From the NCBI GenBank assembly GCA_028826165.1, contig JAPDFW010000104.1, positions 162,985-226,984 on the forward strand: 64,000 nt of DNA. The letters are read 5' to 3'. This DNA comes from Anaeramoeba ignava BMAN (lineage: Eukaryota; Protista; Anaeramoebae). Made by a program: the position numbers and the translations under genes. Under the pieces are notes generated by a model. The model was given only the letters and a program-made list of their open reading frames with translations, was not told the origin of the DNA and did no database searches. This document shows positions 26,631 through 40,804 of this stretch, one piece after another; positions within the stretch are counted from its first letter, which is position 1, and the number at the start of each line of letters is the position of its first letter.

Positions 26631-29600
26631 ATGAGAAGATTCTTATTCCTTTTAATAACGCTTATCAAAAACAATTAGTTCAAAATTATAAAAAAATAAA
26701 AACAAAAGAAAATCAACAAAAACAACAAACAACTTCAAATTCAACAAACAACAACAACAAAAATTGAAGAAAAACTTATAATTGAAAAAGAATGAAAATT
26801 TCTTTTTGAAGATCTTGATAAAAATATGAAAAATTAAAAGAAAAATTATATTCAATTTACAAAAGAACAAAATCAATCAAAAATTATCAAAATTTAAAGA
26901 AATTAATTTATTATTTTATTATTGTTTTTCTTATAATTCACTTTCCAAATACAAAATTAAATCAGTAAAAATTAAAAATAAAAATTTTAATTTATATTTA
27001 TATTTAAATTTATTTTAATTTAGGTTTGTTATCAATCTCAATTTTCAAATATTTTATCACAAAGAATTTCTTCAATTTTTCAAATTTCTTTTCTATTCAA
27101 AATCCATCTCAAATCAATTCTATTGAATTAATGAATTTTATTTTTAAAACAAAGAGAAGAAAATATTGTTGAATTACTTTCAAATATTTTATATATAAAT
27201 CTCAAAATTGATAAAAACAAAATATTCATTTCTGATAAAATTATTGAAAAGTTTCTTAAATTAATAGAAATAATATCAAACTTTGATAAACTTGTTTTTG
27301 ATTATGATAATTTAAATTCAGAAGATGATATTTTTATTGATAATTCAAAAGAAGAAGTTGATGATGATTTTATAAATTTGGAAAATCAAATTGGAGATTT
27401 AAATAATAATGAAAATCAAGAAATTGATGTTGAACCTATTACAGAAATAAATATTGGAGAGGAAATTATTTATATTAATCTTGAAAATGAAAATTTATTG
27501 AATAAAAAAGAATCACCTAAAAATCAATTAAAATCTATTGATTATTCAACATCTCTTTATAACGATATGAAAGGTAAATTTATTTTATTTATTTTATTTA
27601 AATTTATTTTAATTTATTTAAATTTATTTTATTTATTTTATTTAAATTTATTTTAATTTATTTAAATTTATTTTATTTAAATTTATTTTATTTAAATTTA
27701 TTTTATTTAAATTTATTTTATTTAAATTATTTAAATATATTTTATTTAAATTATTTTAATTTATTTTTATAATTTTAGGTCAAAAACTCTTTTCAAAAAT
27801 TACACATTTAATTTTGGAAATTGAATTGAAATTATGTTCTTCAAATGATATTATTCAATATTTACTTCAACAAAATGCTTTGAAACCTTTTTTTGATTTA
27901 TTATTACAATTCAAAACTAATCAAAATGAAGGAAAAAGAAATTTTTTGATTCAATACATTTCAATAATTCAAAAACTTATCCAAAACAAGAATTTTAATT
28001 TAAAATTAATTAAATTTATTGAAGTTGAGAAAATTATTCAAGAAATTCTTAATCATTTAAATTCAACAAAAATCAGTTGAAATTACAAATGTTTTTATTA
28101 TTTGCATCCTTTTTACAAATTTTAATAATTCTTTTTCTTTAACAAGTTCTTTATATGATATATTTAACAAGAACAATGGATATTCAATTTTATTAACATC
28201 AATTAATCAAGTTTTCAAAAATGAAAAGTTCCATTTAAATTACATTTCAAATATGCTTTATTATTTAAAAGAACTTGTTTTTGAAATTGAAAAAGTGGAA
28301 AGCAAAAATATTAAAAACGAACAAGTTTCAAATGAATTTAAAATTACAAATATTGATGCTTTTTAGAATATTACAAAAAGTTTTCTTTAATAATTTAGAT
28401 TCAGTAAAAGTTGGATTACTTTCTTTGTATTTTAAGTATTATTGTTGATATTATTAATGAGAACCTTATAATTATTATTTAGTTCATTCAGAAACTATTG
28501 AACAATTTTTGAAAATTTAGATTTTTTGATCAAGAATTACAAGTAAAAAATTAAAAATAAAAATAAAATTAAAATTAAAATTAATTAAAAATAAATTTTA
28601 GATTATTATACTCAGTATTTTTACAACATTAGCTAAAAAGAAGCAAGAAATTCCACAAAGTGATGTTGAAGAATTAATTGGATTTATTCAAGAAAAACAT
28701 TCAGCAAAAACATTTGAAGTTATATTAAATCTTTTTAATGATTTAATGAAAATTGATCCAAAATATAAATCAATTTTATCTAAAGCCAAATTAATTGATG
28801 TTAATATTTATCATTGTAAAAGATTATTATCGATTTTCGAACAAAATTTACAAGATAATTTACAAGATAATTTACAAGATAATTTACAAGATAATTTACA
28901 AGATAAAGAAGAAGATTTAATTATATTTGAAGATGAAAATTTAAATGAAAATTCAAATCAAAATTCAAATCAAAATTCAAATCAAAATTCAAATCAAAAT
29001 TTAAATGAAAATTCAAATCAAAATTCAAATCAAAATTTAAATCAAAATTCAAATCAAAATTTAAATCAAAATTCAAATCAAAATTTAAATCAAAATTCAA
29101 ATGAAAATTCAAATCAAAATTTAAATCAAAATTCAAATCAAAATTTAAATGAAAATTCAAATCAAAATTTAAATCAAAATTCAAATCGAAATTCAAATCA
29201 AAATTTAAATCAAAATTCAAATCAAAATTCAAATCAAAATTTAAATCAAAAATTAAATTCGATTCACAATTATTCAACTCTTTAATGAGAAATATGGATA
29301 ACTTATTATATTACTTCCTGAAAAATATTGATACTTTCTTAAATTTAAATGGAAAAGAATTCTTATTTGAAGTTATCAATTATGAACAACTTAGTTCTCA
29401 AACTCTTAAACTTTTTCAAAAATTATTCTTAGTGATTATGAAGAAAAGGAAATATTTATAGAGAATTATTTGATTTTGCGAAATCTAAAAAGATATGAAA
29501 ACTTAAAAATGACAACTGAATTTATTATTATTACTTCTTCAATTTTCAAAAGAAAAACTTTAAATTCCAAAAAATTTTTGTGAAAATGAAGGATTTAAAT

Positions 29601-32600
29601 ATTTCTTTCTTGATTTAATTTCATACAATTTCAAAAATACCAAATATCGAATCTTATGATTTACGTTTATAAACTCAACTTTTAAATTAATAATAGCATT
29701 ATCAAAATCAAAACACAGAAAAATTTATCAAAAACAAATATTACCACTTTTTACCTAAATCAATTTTACAAGCAAGAACATTAACTAATGAACAAATATC
29801 AAATTTAACAAATCTTCTTTTATCGCTTTCATTTGAAGATTTAACATCATTTCAAGATAAAGAATCAAATCAACAAATCATAATATCTCATTATCAACCA
29901 ATTTCAGCTTGTCTTGTTTTAATATCTAAATTACCACAAGAAAACAAATTGATTTCTTTCAAAAATTCAATATTTAACATTAAAAACACATTAAAAAAAC
30001 ATTAGAAAAATTGGAAAAGCTCAAACTTGTATCATCATTTTCAAAAATTTCATTCAATTTAATTAGACAACCATCTAATTTTAGAACCATTTTATTCCAA
30101 ATTATCCAAAATGTTCAACCATATTGTTCATCAATTTCAAGTTTAAAAACATTTCATTTCATTTCTTTCCAAAACCAAATGAACTCAAAATTATTATTGG
30201 AATACTTCGATATAATCAGAAAGGGAAACACACCAAGATTTTTACAATTTATGAGAGAATCAGGATACGGGGGAATATTTTGATTGATTCATTAAATCCT
30301 AAACTTTGCCACCACAAAGAAAATGGATATACTTTTTCATGTTGGATATATTTTTGATTATAACAAAAAGAAAAATGAAAGATAAATATTCACATCAAAT
30401 CCGAATCTTTTTCATTACAAAAATCAAGATAAACAAATCGTAAAATATCAGGATTTATTACGTGAAAATTTTATCTTAGAATATCAATTCAAACATTTGC
30501 ATGTTTTGATAAATTCAATTTCGAACAAAAGAAAATGGTATCATTTGATTTTAACACATTCAATATTCAAGAATATCACAAAGTATTGCAATTATATGTT
30601 AATGGATGTTTTGTCAAGAATGTAAAGCACCTGCTATCCTTCATCTTCAATATTACCTTTTTAAAATGCATTTTTGGAACTTTATCAAGACAAAAACAAC
30701 CTTTATGATTTAATGTGGAGAATATCACAAATTTACATTCAAACAAAACACAATTTCACCCTTTGATGCAAACAACACTTTATCTTATGGAATCAAATTT
30801 TTATCATGGATCTTTTTGGATAATTCAATTCTTCCCAAATTATCATTTGAATTTAAATTCAGATTGTTTCAATCAACTCAACAAAAATTCAGAGAGATTA
30901 AAAACAATTTTGGTTATTTGATTTTCACCTCTTTCTTCCATTGAAAAAGAAAATATATTTTATTTGCATTTGATGCTTATCATTGTGAAAAAAGAAAATT
31001 AAAAAAGAAAAAGATGTTCTTATTAATCTTTCAGATAACCAAGAAACAGGAGATATGTTATATTATTCTTGCAGAAAATGTAACTTTTTACAGTGAGAAA
31101 TGGATTTATTTTTCAATTCCATGATATTAATTCACTTTCCAAATGTTTTTGTTTTTTTTATTTGAAAACGCCAAAGATGAAAATGAATTAACACATTACA
31201 TTTTTATTATTTAACGAATTGGTGAAAATCAAACGCAATAAATTTCAATCAATCTATTGAATTTGATTCATTAAATTTATTCCATTATGCACTTAAAAAC
31301 AAACGCAAAAAATATTTTGTATTGATAATATTCAATTATTATTTTGAATTAATTTTGCATTAAAAAGTAAAAATCGATAATCCAAATTCAAATATTGTTG
31401 TAATTCATCTTGCAATTTTAAAAACACTTGAAAAATGTTTTTTTATTCAATTCAAAGAAGAAGTTCAAAAACCATTTTCAGTTAACATTGATTCCTTAAT
31501 TTTCCCAAATCCCAAATCTATTTTCAATATTGAACAATTATCAAAAATTTAATTTAATGTTATTTGGATTTAATTGATACTGAAACAAATAAATTTGTTG
31601 TTTGTGAATATTTGTATTTGATTTGATTCAAAAAATTATTACATCAATGAATCGTCTGAATCAAAAAGAAGAAATTAGAAATTATAAAATTTTATTGCAA
31701 TAAATACTGGAAATACAAGCCAAAAACCAAAAACCAAAATTGAAGAATTAACAAGAAAAGAAGTAAGATCAATTTATTTATTATTAAATGTTGTTTTTGA
31801 AATTTTGCACGAATTGATTAAAAACTCAAAAGAAAACCAGAAATGAAATGAAATTACATTTAATGTGTTTTGAATTGATTGAAGGATTATTGCTTTTGAA
31901 TCAACAAAACCAATACTCCAATAATATTACTAATATTTTTGAAATATTCAATCAATTCTCTTATTGGAAAATAACAATCTAAACAAATTTATAAATAATA
32001 ATTCATCAATGAAGAAAATTGTGTTTAAAAAATTCAAAAATTTCTTTGAAATATTCAGCAATTTATTATTGATTTTCTTGTTTTATTTTTGTATTCCAAA
32101 CAATGAAATTATTCAAAAGACAAAGAATTTGATGATGAAGTTAGATCTTTAAATTTGAAAAACTTAAAAAAAAATCAAATTTGAAAACTAAACAAATCAA
32201 AAATTTATTCAAAACTTCATTTATTCAAATTTTAAACACTTTTATCAGAAAATTATATTAGAACATTATTTAGAAATTGAAATTTTTAAAAACAAATGAT
32301 ATTAATGATAATCAAGAAAAAGAAATAAAAACCAATTAAAGGAAAATGATTTTCATTTCAAAGTTATAAATGAAAAAAAACTTTAAATTTTTCAAAAAGT
32401 TTTAAATTATTCAAGTAGGCTCAAAAAGAATATTGTAGAAAAAACAGTTTCTCCAATTTTATTCATTTCAATTCCATTAATATCTTCTCATTTTATCAAT
32501 TTAAAAATGAAAATGAAAAAGAAAAATATTTTATTCAAAAATGGGGAATTATAAATCAGAAGATTTTACAACATAGTATTATAATTCAAACTCTTGAAGA

Positions 32601-35600
32601 AACACAACAAAATAAATTCCTTTTTAACAGTTATTTATGAATTATTTAATTCAAAACAAATTTACAAAAGAAATACGAAATGAAATTCTTTACTATTTGA
32701 TTCAGAAACTTCAAAAATGATGAAAAATATCAATTTATCAAAAACAATCAATTTTTGATAAACTTATTCAATTCATTTCTTTTATTAGTCAGAAAAGGAT
32801 TTTTAGAAGAAAAAAAAATGTATTAATATTGATTTATTTGTTTGTTTACTTAAAATTATCATTCAAAAAAAAGGAAATAAGAATATTAAACAAATTCAAA
32901 ACAAAAAGTAATAGTAAAATTAAAGGGAGATCCAAAATATATATCAAAAGTGAATTAAAACAACAAAATTTTGGACAAGATGAATTACTTGCCAGAAATT
33001 TATCAAAAAACTCATTCTCTGCTTTTAATTTCAAGTTTTAATTCCATTATTAATTTTGGACAAAATCATTAATTTAAATCAAGGATAAGTTTATGATTTT
33101 TCAAATATTGAAAATAATGATAAATTAATTCTAATAATCAAGAAGATAATTGAACACATTAAATTATTATCAATTTACAAAATTCCTATTCAAGATTTTC
33201 TTTCATCATTTTGTTATTTTATGTTGGATTTTTACTTAGTGATATTAAAAATTTCCAAAATTCTAAAATTATTTGGGAAAAATTATTTCAAACATTCTAA
33301 AAACAAATTCAAACATTATTTTGTTTTAAAAACATCAAAAACAACAGAAAATTTATTTGATAATTTTTCAACATCTTTTGATGATTCAAATAAATTGAAA
33401 CAATTTATTGAAGAATATCAAGAAAAATTAGAGAAACAAGAGAAATTAATCAAAAACCAGGATTTGAAAAAATTAAAACAAAGAATTCAAAAAGAACAAG
33501 AAGTTATTATTAAAATTAATCAAATCCAAATCCAAAATTTAAATCAAAATGAAAATTTAAATCAAATCCAAAATTTTATATCAATTCAAAATTTAATTCA
33601 AAAGATAAAACAAGAAAACAAAAACAAATTTATCAAAATTATAAATTATACATTTCATGGAAAAAAAAGAAAAATTTTCATTTTGAAAGAACTATTTTTC
33701 AAAATGTAAAAAGCATTTGGAATTGAAAAACCACATTACAAATATAGATAAGAATGAAGGACCAGAAAAGAACAAGAAGTAAATTAATACCAATATTCCC
33801 AAGATTTCCGAAACAAGATGAATTGAAAAATTGGAAAATAATTTTCAAAGAAATGATGAAGAAGAAATTAAACAAAACAAAAGATAGAAAAATGATACAA
33901 GTTATGAGAGTATCAGAATTTATTATTTATAAATCGAGATTACTTTTATCACAAACAAAATGTATTTTGTTGATTATTCCAAAATTTAGAATCAAAATAT
34001 TAATGAAAATTTAATTCAAATCAAATTCAAAATGAAAATGAAAATGATGAAAAAAGAAACATCATTTAATTCATTATTATTTATCAAATCTTGAAAATTA
34101 CATCGTAAAATTCGATATTTTTGCATTAAATTTAATGATATTATCAAAATACTTCCAAAATTTATTCAAAATAAAAAATATCATTTGAAATATTTACTTT
34201 AAGAGGAAAAACAATTTATTTAGTTTTTGAAGAAAATGATTTTGATTCAATTTATCAAATGATTTGTCAAATGGTTTCTAAATGTAAATCAAAATCAAAT
34301 CAAAAAACAAATCAAAAACAAATTCTATTGAAAATATCCAAAAATTAACAGATATAAAATTGATACTGAAAAATGGAGAAATGGAATGATAACAAATTAT
34401 AAATATTTAATGCAAATTAATACTTTATTAGGAAGATCTTACAATGATCTTTCACAATATTTTATCTTTCCAATAATTTTCAAAAATTATAATTCTTTAG
34501 AAATTGATTTAAATAATCGTCAAAAGTTATGTTAATTTAAAAAAATCAAATGAAGAAGAAATTGAGTAAAAATATTTTAAATTTAAATTTAAATTTAAAT
34601 TATATCTATTAATTTTAATTTAAATTTTTAGTTCAAAAATTACACAAAAATTAAGTATTAAATCTTTTGATTAGAATTTTCCCAAATGTTTTCAGATATT
34701 CTTTTAATCAATTCCAAAAATTATTTAAATCAATTCCTAATTATTTTACACAAGAAAAAGAAATTAAATGGAATAATTCCAAATTTTATAATTTTCCAGA
34801 ATTTTTACAAAATATAAATCAATAAAAATTTCCAAATCAAAAGAAAATTTAATTAGAATGCTGAATTACCTAAATGAGTGGAAATAATTCAATTGAATTT
34901 ATTAAAACGAATCGAAAAGGATTAGAAAAACAAAAATAATATGTTCCAAAAATTTGTAATTGGATTGATAAATATATTGAAGAAATTAACAAAACAAGAA
35001 TAAATTCCCAAAAATGATAAATATAGAAAAACATAAAAACGAAGAATAAAACAATACAATCCAGAATTTTATTCATTCCCAAAATTTTTAGATAGTAAAA
35101 GTAATTTTCAACATGGAAAAGCTATTTATCAAATACAGAGAATTGAGAATCAAGTAGCATTTGCACAATTTCAACAAACAATTTTCCCACAAAATTTAAA
35201 CATCATTTACAAATGGAATTATTCAGATCAAACACTTAGAACTTATGATATCAAAGAAAAGAAAACAGTTTTTATTCAAGAACAAATTCACAATGACAAA
35301 ATTACATCATTAGCAATATGTGGAGATATTATTGTTACAGGAGGAGGAGATTGTTGTGTAAATGTATGGAAATTTGAACATCAATCAAAACCATTGATAT
35401 TGTTATCTAGATTAACAGGACATACCAAGAAAATTACAAGTTTGGCAATTTCAAAAGCTCATTCAATAATTGTTTCAGGTTCAAAAGATTTAACTTGTCA
35501 TATTTGGGATCTTAAAAGATTGAGATATATTCGATATTTATATGAATTACAACATCATCCTGAATTTATTCAAATTAATGAAATTAGTGGAGAAATTGTT

Positions 35601-36200
35601 GTTTGTTCTTTTTCAAGAATTGTTGTTTGGAATTTGAATGGAAATTTAATTGGAAAATCAAAACCAATGGATAATTTATCACAAAAAATAACATCATTAG
35701 GAATGAGTAATAAATCTCAATTTTGTGATGAACATGTTTATTTAACAGGACATTATGATGGAGTTGTTCGTTTTTGGAAACCAACTTATAATAATAATAA
35801 TTTTAATAATAATTTTATTCAAAATGATACAAATCAAACAATGAGTGTTTTTTGGGAATTAGTTTGTTCAGATTCACCAATTACAGCTTTTATCAGTTTC
35901 AAAAGTAATAAATATCTTTATACTGGAAATTCTAAAGGGAAAATTATTGAATGGAGTCTTCCTGATAAAAAATATGAACAAAAAGTTTTTGATTTCCAAA
36001 GTTTTAAAAATTGTTCAATTTGTGGAATTGAATTTAATTCACAAGTTTTAAAACATCAATGTAAATCATGTCAAAAAGCTGTTTGTGCTAAATGTAGTAA
36101 TCATAAACAAGAATTAATTGATTTAAATATTTTCACAAAAAGTTAGAATATGTGATGAATGTTATGAAGAAAAGAAAAAGAACAATTTTAAATTGAAATT
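26631..36200 (+). CDS. BEACH-WD40-FYVE protein (WDFY3/neurobeachin-like), heavily frameshifted
   Basis: ConA-like GYTFSCWI and KWYHL; GPERTR-like motif at ~33760; BEACH start KWRNGMITNYKYLMQINTLLGRSYNDLSQY at ~34370; WD40 LTGHTKKIT..VSGSKDLTCHIWD; FYVE C..C..F...KHQCKSC...C..CS..RICDEC. Confidence 0.8.
28845..29255 (+). repeat. Coding 12-bp minisatellites (NLQD)n and (N[S/L]N[Q/E])n
   Basis: AATTTACAAGAT x5, then AATT(C/T)AAAT(C/G)AA x~26. Confidence 0.9.
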
Positions 36201-36271
36201 TTTCTTTCTTTTTATTAAAAAGAAATTTGAAATTTGAAATTTGAAAATTGAATTTGAATTTGAATTTGAAC

Positions 36272-37757
36272 TTAATCTTTCACAATAGGATTTCCATAAT
36301 AACACCATTTTTGAATTCCAATATTATTGATTCCTCTAACTAAATTAAAAATCCACCATATTTTTATTCCATTGACTTCCCCAACTAAAAATTAAAATAA
36401 AAAATTAAAAAAATTAATTTTTAAATTAAAAAAAATTAAAAAAAACCTATTTCTAATAATCCAATAATCAAGATTTGATTCATCATCATGTCCCCAACCA
36501 ACAACAGAAATCCAATGTTCAAGTGAATTAGCACCAGTTTTATCATAAAATATTTCATCTCCTTGATCCCAATTATCTAATGCTTCTGGACAAGCAATTC
36601 CACAAACAATAGGACTTTTTAATTTAAATTTTAAATTAAAATTAAAATTTTTTTCTTTTAATATTTTTTGACACTTTTTTCTTCACCTTTTTTCTTAATT
36701 TAATTTTAAATTTAATAAATATAAAATACCCATTTTTATAAATTTCATTCATCATTTCTTCTTCTCCATTTAATTGACCCCAATCTGAAATATAATATTT
36801 TGTAGGATTTTCAATAACTGTACAATTTTTATTAAATCCAAAGCATTGTTTGCAAGTATTAATTGGTGTACATTCTTTATCAATAGCTTGATAAGGAGAA
36901 CCTTTATTATAAATAATTTATTTTTATTATTATTTTTATTATTATTTTTATTATTTTTTATTTTTTACAAGTTTCATCTACAATTCCGTTTTTTTGAATC
37001 CAAGGCATTAAAAGCCAAACATATCCTCCATAACAAGTTCCTACACTTGGTGCACAATTTAAAAGATGTTGTGGACTTAAATAAATATCTGGTTCTGTAT
37101 TATTTCTTTTTGATCTTTTTACATTTATTTTTATTTTAAAATTTTTATCCGATTTTTATTTATTTTTATTTAAAATTTTTGATTTATTTTAAATTGATTT
37201 TAATTTTTATTTTTATTTTTATTTTACTTTTAATTCGATCATTTAAAGAACTTGTTGTACTTTTATTTTTTTTTATAAATAATTTTATAAATTATTTTTT
37301 TTTATAATTTTTATAATTATTTTTTATATAATTTTACCTAAATGCCCAACATGATCCACACTAAAATAATATAATATAAAAATAAATAATTAAAATTAAA
37401 TCATTTTTAAATTTTTAAAAAGAAATAATTTTGGTTCTTTTGGAAATAATTATTAAATTACATACTAAAAATTAATAAGATTTTTATTATTATTAAATAA
37501 AATTTAAATAAAGGAAATTAAAGTAAAAAACTAAAATAAATATTTTTACTTGAGGGAGATGCTAATTTTAAAGTTTAAAATTTTGAAAAAAAAATTAATA
37601 AATTTTTTATTTAAATTTTTTTTTTTTTATTTATTTTAAATACTTGTTGTCTTATTGCTGTTAAATATGAAATTCCATTAATGTTTCTCCAATCAAAATT
37701 TACTGGAAGTGAAAAAATAATTGAAAATAAACAAAAATATAATAAAAAATTGATCAT
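36272..37757 (-). CDS. CTSZ: Cathepsin Z/X-like papain-family cysteine protease, ~9 exons including 12-nt and 3-nt microexons
   Basis: Spliced translation LPVNFDWRNING..IRQQ|HLPQ|Y|CGSCWAFS|TTSSLNDRIK..LSPQHLLNC..GIVDETC..EIYKNGPIVCGI..LEHWISVVGWG..YWIIRNSWG. The HxP mini-loop before the catalytic Cys is diagnostic of cathepsin X. Confidence 0.88.
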
Positions 37758-37866
37758 TTTCTTTTAAAATTTTTTTAAAAATGAAAAAAATGATTTTTTT
37801 TAATTTTTTTTTTCATTTTTTTTTCTTTTTTAAAAAATTAAACAATTTTAAAATAAAAAAATAAAA

Positions 37867-39615
37867 ATGAATGAAATTATATTTATTGGTCAAAATCTAA
37901 ATCCAATTCTTATAAAAAATGAACCAGATAAAATAATAAAACCAATTCAATTTAAATTTGAAAATGAAAATGAAAAACAAATTAAACAAATTTCATCAGG
38001 AAGATTTTCAACAATTTTCCTTTTTGAAAATGGAAAAGCAATAGAATATTTAAATGAAAATGATTTAAATGAAAATCCTGAAAAAATCCAAATTGAAGAA
38101 AATATTCAAAAAGTAACTGTTGGTGTTAAAAATGAAGCTATTTTAACAAAAGAAGGAAATGTATTTGCAAAAGGATATGATATTAATTCAAAAAATCCAA
38201 ATCAATTTATCAATATTTCATCATTAATTGAAGATACAAATGATAGAATAATTCAAGATTTCATTTGTAGTGCTCATTCAATTTATTTATTAACTTCAAA
38301 TCAAAATGTTTATGGAATTGCTTCAAATTATTATGGTCAACTTGGTTTTAATTCTAAAAAAATTAAAGAAACAGAAAAACCAATTTTAATGATGAAAAAT
38401 GTTTCTAAAATATTTTCAGGAAATACTTCAAATTTTCTTTTTCTTTTAAATTCAAATCAAGAATTATTTACATCTGGATCTAATCTTTATGGTCAACTTG
38501 GATTAAGAAAATCAAGAAAAGAAAAAATCCAAAAATTAACCAAAATTCAAAATATTCCAAAAGGTAAAATAATTGATATTCAAACTGGAAATTTTCATTC
38601 AATAATGTTGATTGAAATTGAAAATCTAAAAAGAAAACTTTATTCATGTGGAGATCGTCGATATAATGGACTTGATACAAAGAAGAATACTTATGAATTT
38701 ACTGAAATCAAATCACCTTTATTTGAAAATGATGATAATATTCTTGAAATTGCAGTTGGTGGTTATCATACTTTAATTTTAACTTCTAATTCAATTTTAA
38801 TAGGATTTGGAAGTAATTCTCATGGTGAATTAGGAATTGGAGATATAATAAATCAAAAAATTCCAATTCAAATTAAACTTCCTAAATTAAGATTTAATGA
38901 AAATATTTCTAATTATCATATTTCTTGTGGTAATTTCCATAGTTCATTTCTTTATTATTCTCCTTTCCTTTCTTCTTTTTCCAATCTTGAAGAAGATTTG
39001 ATAAAATTATTTGAAAGAAAAGAATTTTGTGATATTTTATTTAAAACCAAAAATGGAGAAATAATTGAAGCTCATAAATTAATATTGAAATATAGATTAA
39101 AAGATCAAAATCAAAATGAAAAACTTCAAGAAATTATTTCAAAAAAATCAATTAAAGAATCAAATCAAATATTTGAAATGATTTATTCAAACATAATAAT
39201 AAATCCAAAATTATATTCTGAAATTAAAGAAATTATAAATTCAAATGAAAAAATTGAAGAAACAATGAAAAGAATTTATTTAAATGAAAATGAAAAAGAT
39301 TTTATTATTGAAAGAAAAGAAAAACAATATAAATTTCCAAAATTAATATTAATAATGAGAAGTGAATTATATCGAGGAATGTTTTTATCTGTAACAAATG
39401 ATACTTCAAATAAAGTTACAGATTATAGTGAATTAAGTAATAAATCATTTCAAATATTTGAATATTGGATTTATTCAAATCAAATTAAAGAAGGAATTCA
39501 AATTACAAAAGAAATAATTAATGAATTAGAAAGAGGAATTGATTATTTTCAATTAAATCAAACAAATCCAAATTTATTTGATTTATTAATTAAGAAATTT
39601 AAAAATCAAAAATAA
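37867..39615 (+). CDS. RCC1-like beta-propeller + tandem BTB protein (paralog A, no CaaX)
   Basis: G.N.YGQLG and IAVGGYHTLIL RCC1 repeats; BTB-like FCDILF..AHKLILKYR and KDFII..KLILIMRSELYRGMF..FEYWIYSN. Confidence 0.9.
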   Translation: MNEIIFIGQNLNPILIKNEPDKIIKPIQFKFENENEKQIKQISSGRFSTIFLFENGKAIEYLNENDLNENPEKIQIEENIQKVTVGVKNEAILTKEGNVFAKGYDINSKNPNQFINISSLIEDTNDRIIQDFICSAHSIYLLTSNQNVYGIASNYYGQLGFNSKKIKETEKPILMMKNVSKIFSGNTSNFLFLLNSNQELFTSGSNLYGQLGLRKSRKEKIQKLTKIQNIPKGKIIDIQTGNFHSIMLIEIENLKRKLYSCGDRRYNGLDTKKNTYEFTEIKSPLFENDDNILEIAVGGYHTLILTSNSILIGFGSNSHGELGIGDIINQKIPIQIKLPKLRFNENISNYHISCGNFHSSFLYYSPFLSSFSNLEEDLIKLFERKEFCDILFKTKNGEIIEAHKLILKYRLKDQNQNEKLQEIISKKSIKESNQIFEMIYSNIIINPKLYSEIKEIINSNEKIEETMKRIYLNENEKDFIIERKEKQYKFPKLILIMRSELYRGMFLSVTNDTSNKVTDYSELSNKSFQIFEYWIYSNQIKEGIQITKEIINELERGIDYFQLNQTNPNLFDLLIKKFKNQK

Positions 39616-39649
39616 AAAATAAATTCTTTTTCTTTTTTCTTTTGATAAT

Positions 39650-40800
39650 TCAAAATTAAGTTATTCCAGTTTATATTTTCAATTTCTAACTTGGAATAAT
39701 TGATCTATCTGTTTCTTTAATTGATAATGAAGAAGGATTTGTTTATTATGTTAATCTTGGATCAAGTTCAAATTCTTAATTTTTTTAAATTTGATATTAA
39801 AACTTGTTGATTATCTTAACTAGGAAATTACTTATGCTAAATGTTGAGTTATTTTTATTATATCAATCCAAAATTTGTTTTGATTGATGAACATAATCAG
39901 ATAAGTTATGTTTTGTTTAATAATTATAATGAATTGATCAGTAAAATTAATCTCACCTCATTTGAGATTATTGATTATCTAATTCTCAATTCTAATAGTG
40001 AAATTTATTATGGAGAAATTGATTCAACAAATTAATTTGCTTAATTTTTCATGGATAATTATTGATTTCTTAAATTGGATTTATCAACTTTCTTAATTAA
40101 TAACAAAAAATTCATTTATTCAAATGTAACTGTTGATACAACCATATTTAATAAAGAAAATCAAATTCTTTATTGCATTTTATAATTATTCAAATGTAAA
40201 TTATTCAATTATTAAAATTACTTGTTCTGATTTGCAAATAATTGATACTTTGATTTTAACTCAAACACAAAAATTAAAAACTTTTTGATTAATTATTCAA
40301 ACCAATATTTTTATGCTTTGATTTCTGATTATAGTTATGTTGGCACATGTTATCATCTTGATAAAATTGATTTATCAAATTTTATTGATATTGGATTTTC
40401 AAATTTAACATATTTTTATGTTAAAACAATGTTTATTGATGAAATTCATCAATTCTTCTATTTTTCCATATTCAAATCTTAATCAAATTTTTAGAATCAA
40501 TTTAACTAATTTGGAAATTATTAATGATTATTTAGAAGTTTTAGTATTTCTTTCATTTCTTTCATTAATAATTGAATCAATTAATACTTGGGGATATTTT
40601 TTCACAAATTTCCAAAATTCACAAACAAGAAATTATGAAATCAAATTATTCAAAATTTAAATAACTTCAAATCATTTACTTTCTACAAAAATATTTGATG
40701 AATATTTTTGAATATTTCATATAATTCATTAAAAAGTTTTGAATATTTTACAAATTCTTATCAATATCCAACTCCTTCTTCTTCAAATGGAAAAATTTTC
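39650..40800 (+). pseudogene. Decayed fragment of a repeat-containing (propeller-like) extracellular protein
   Basis: Short co-oriented ORFs with a recurring unit (LID..NQ..Y....KI[N/D]L..F.IID.L), broken by stops and frameshifts and ending in YPTPSSS. Confidence 0.45.
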
Positions 40801-40804
40801 TTCT

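Noticed and set aside
21450-36400. Dense frameshifts suggesting mass pseudogenisation, programmed frameshifting or RNA editing
   Set aside because: The breaks fall in A/T homopolymers and hit normally essential UTP6. An unpolished long-read segment is the simplest explanation; short-read or RNA mapping would decide.
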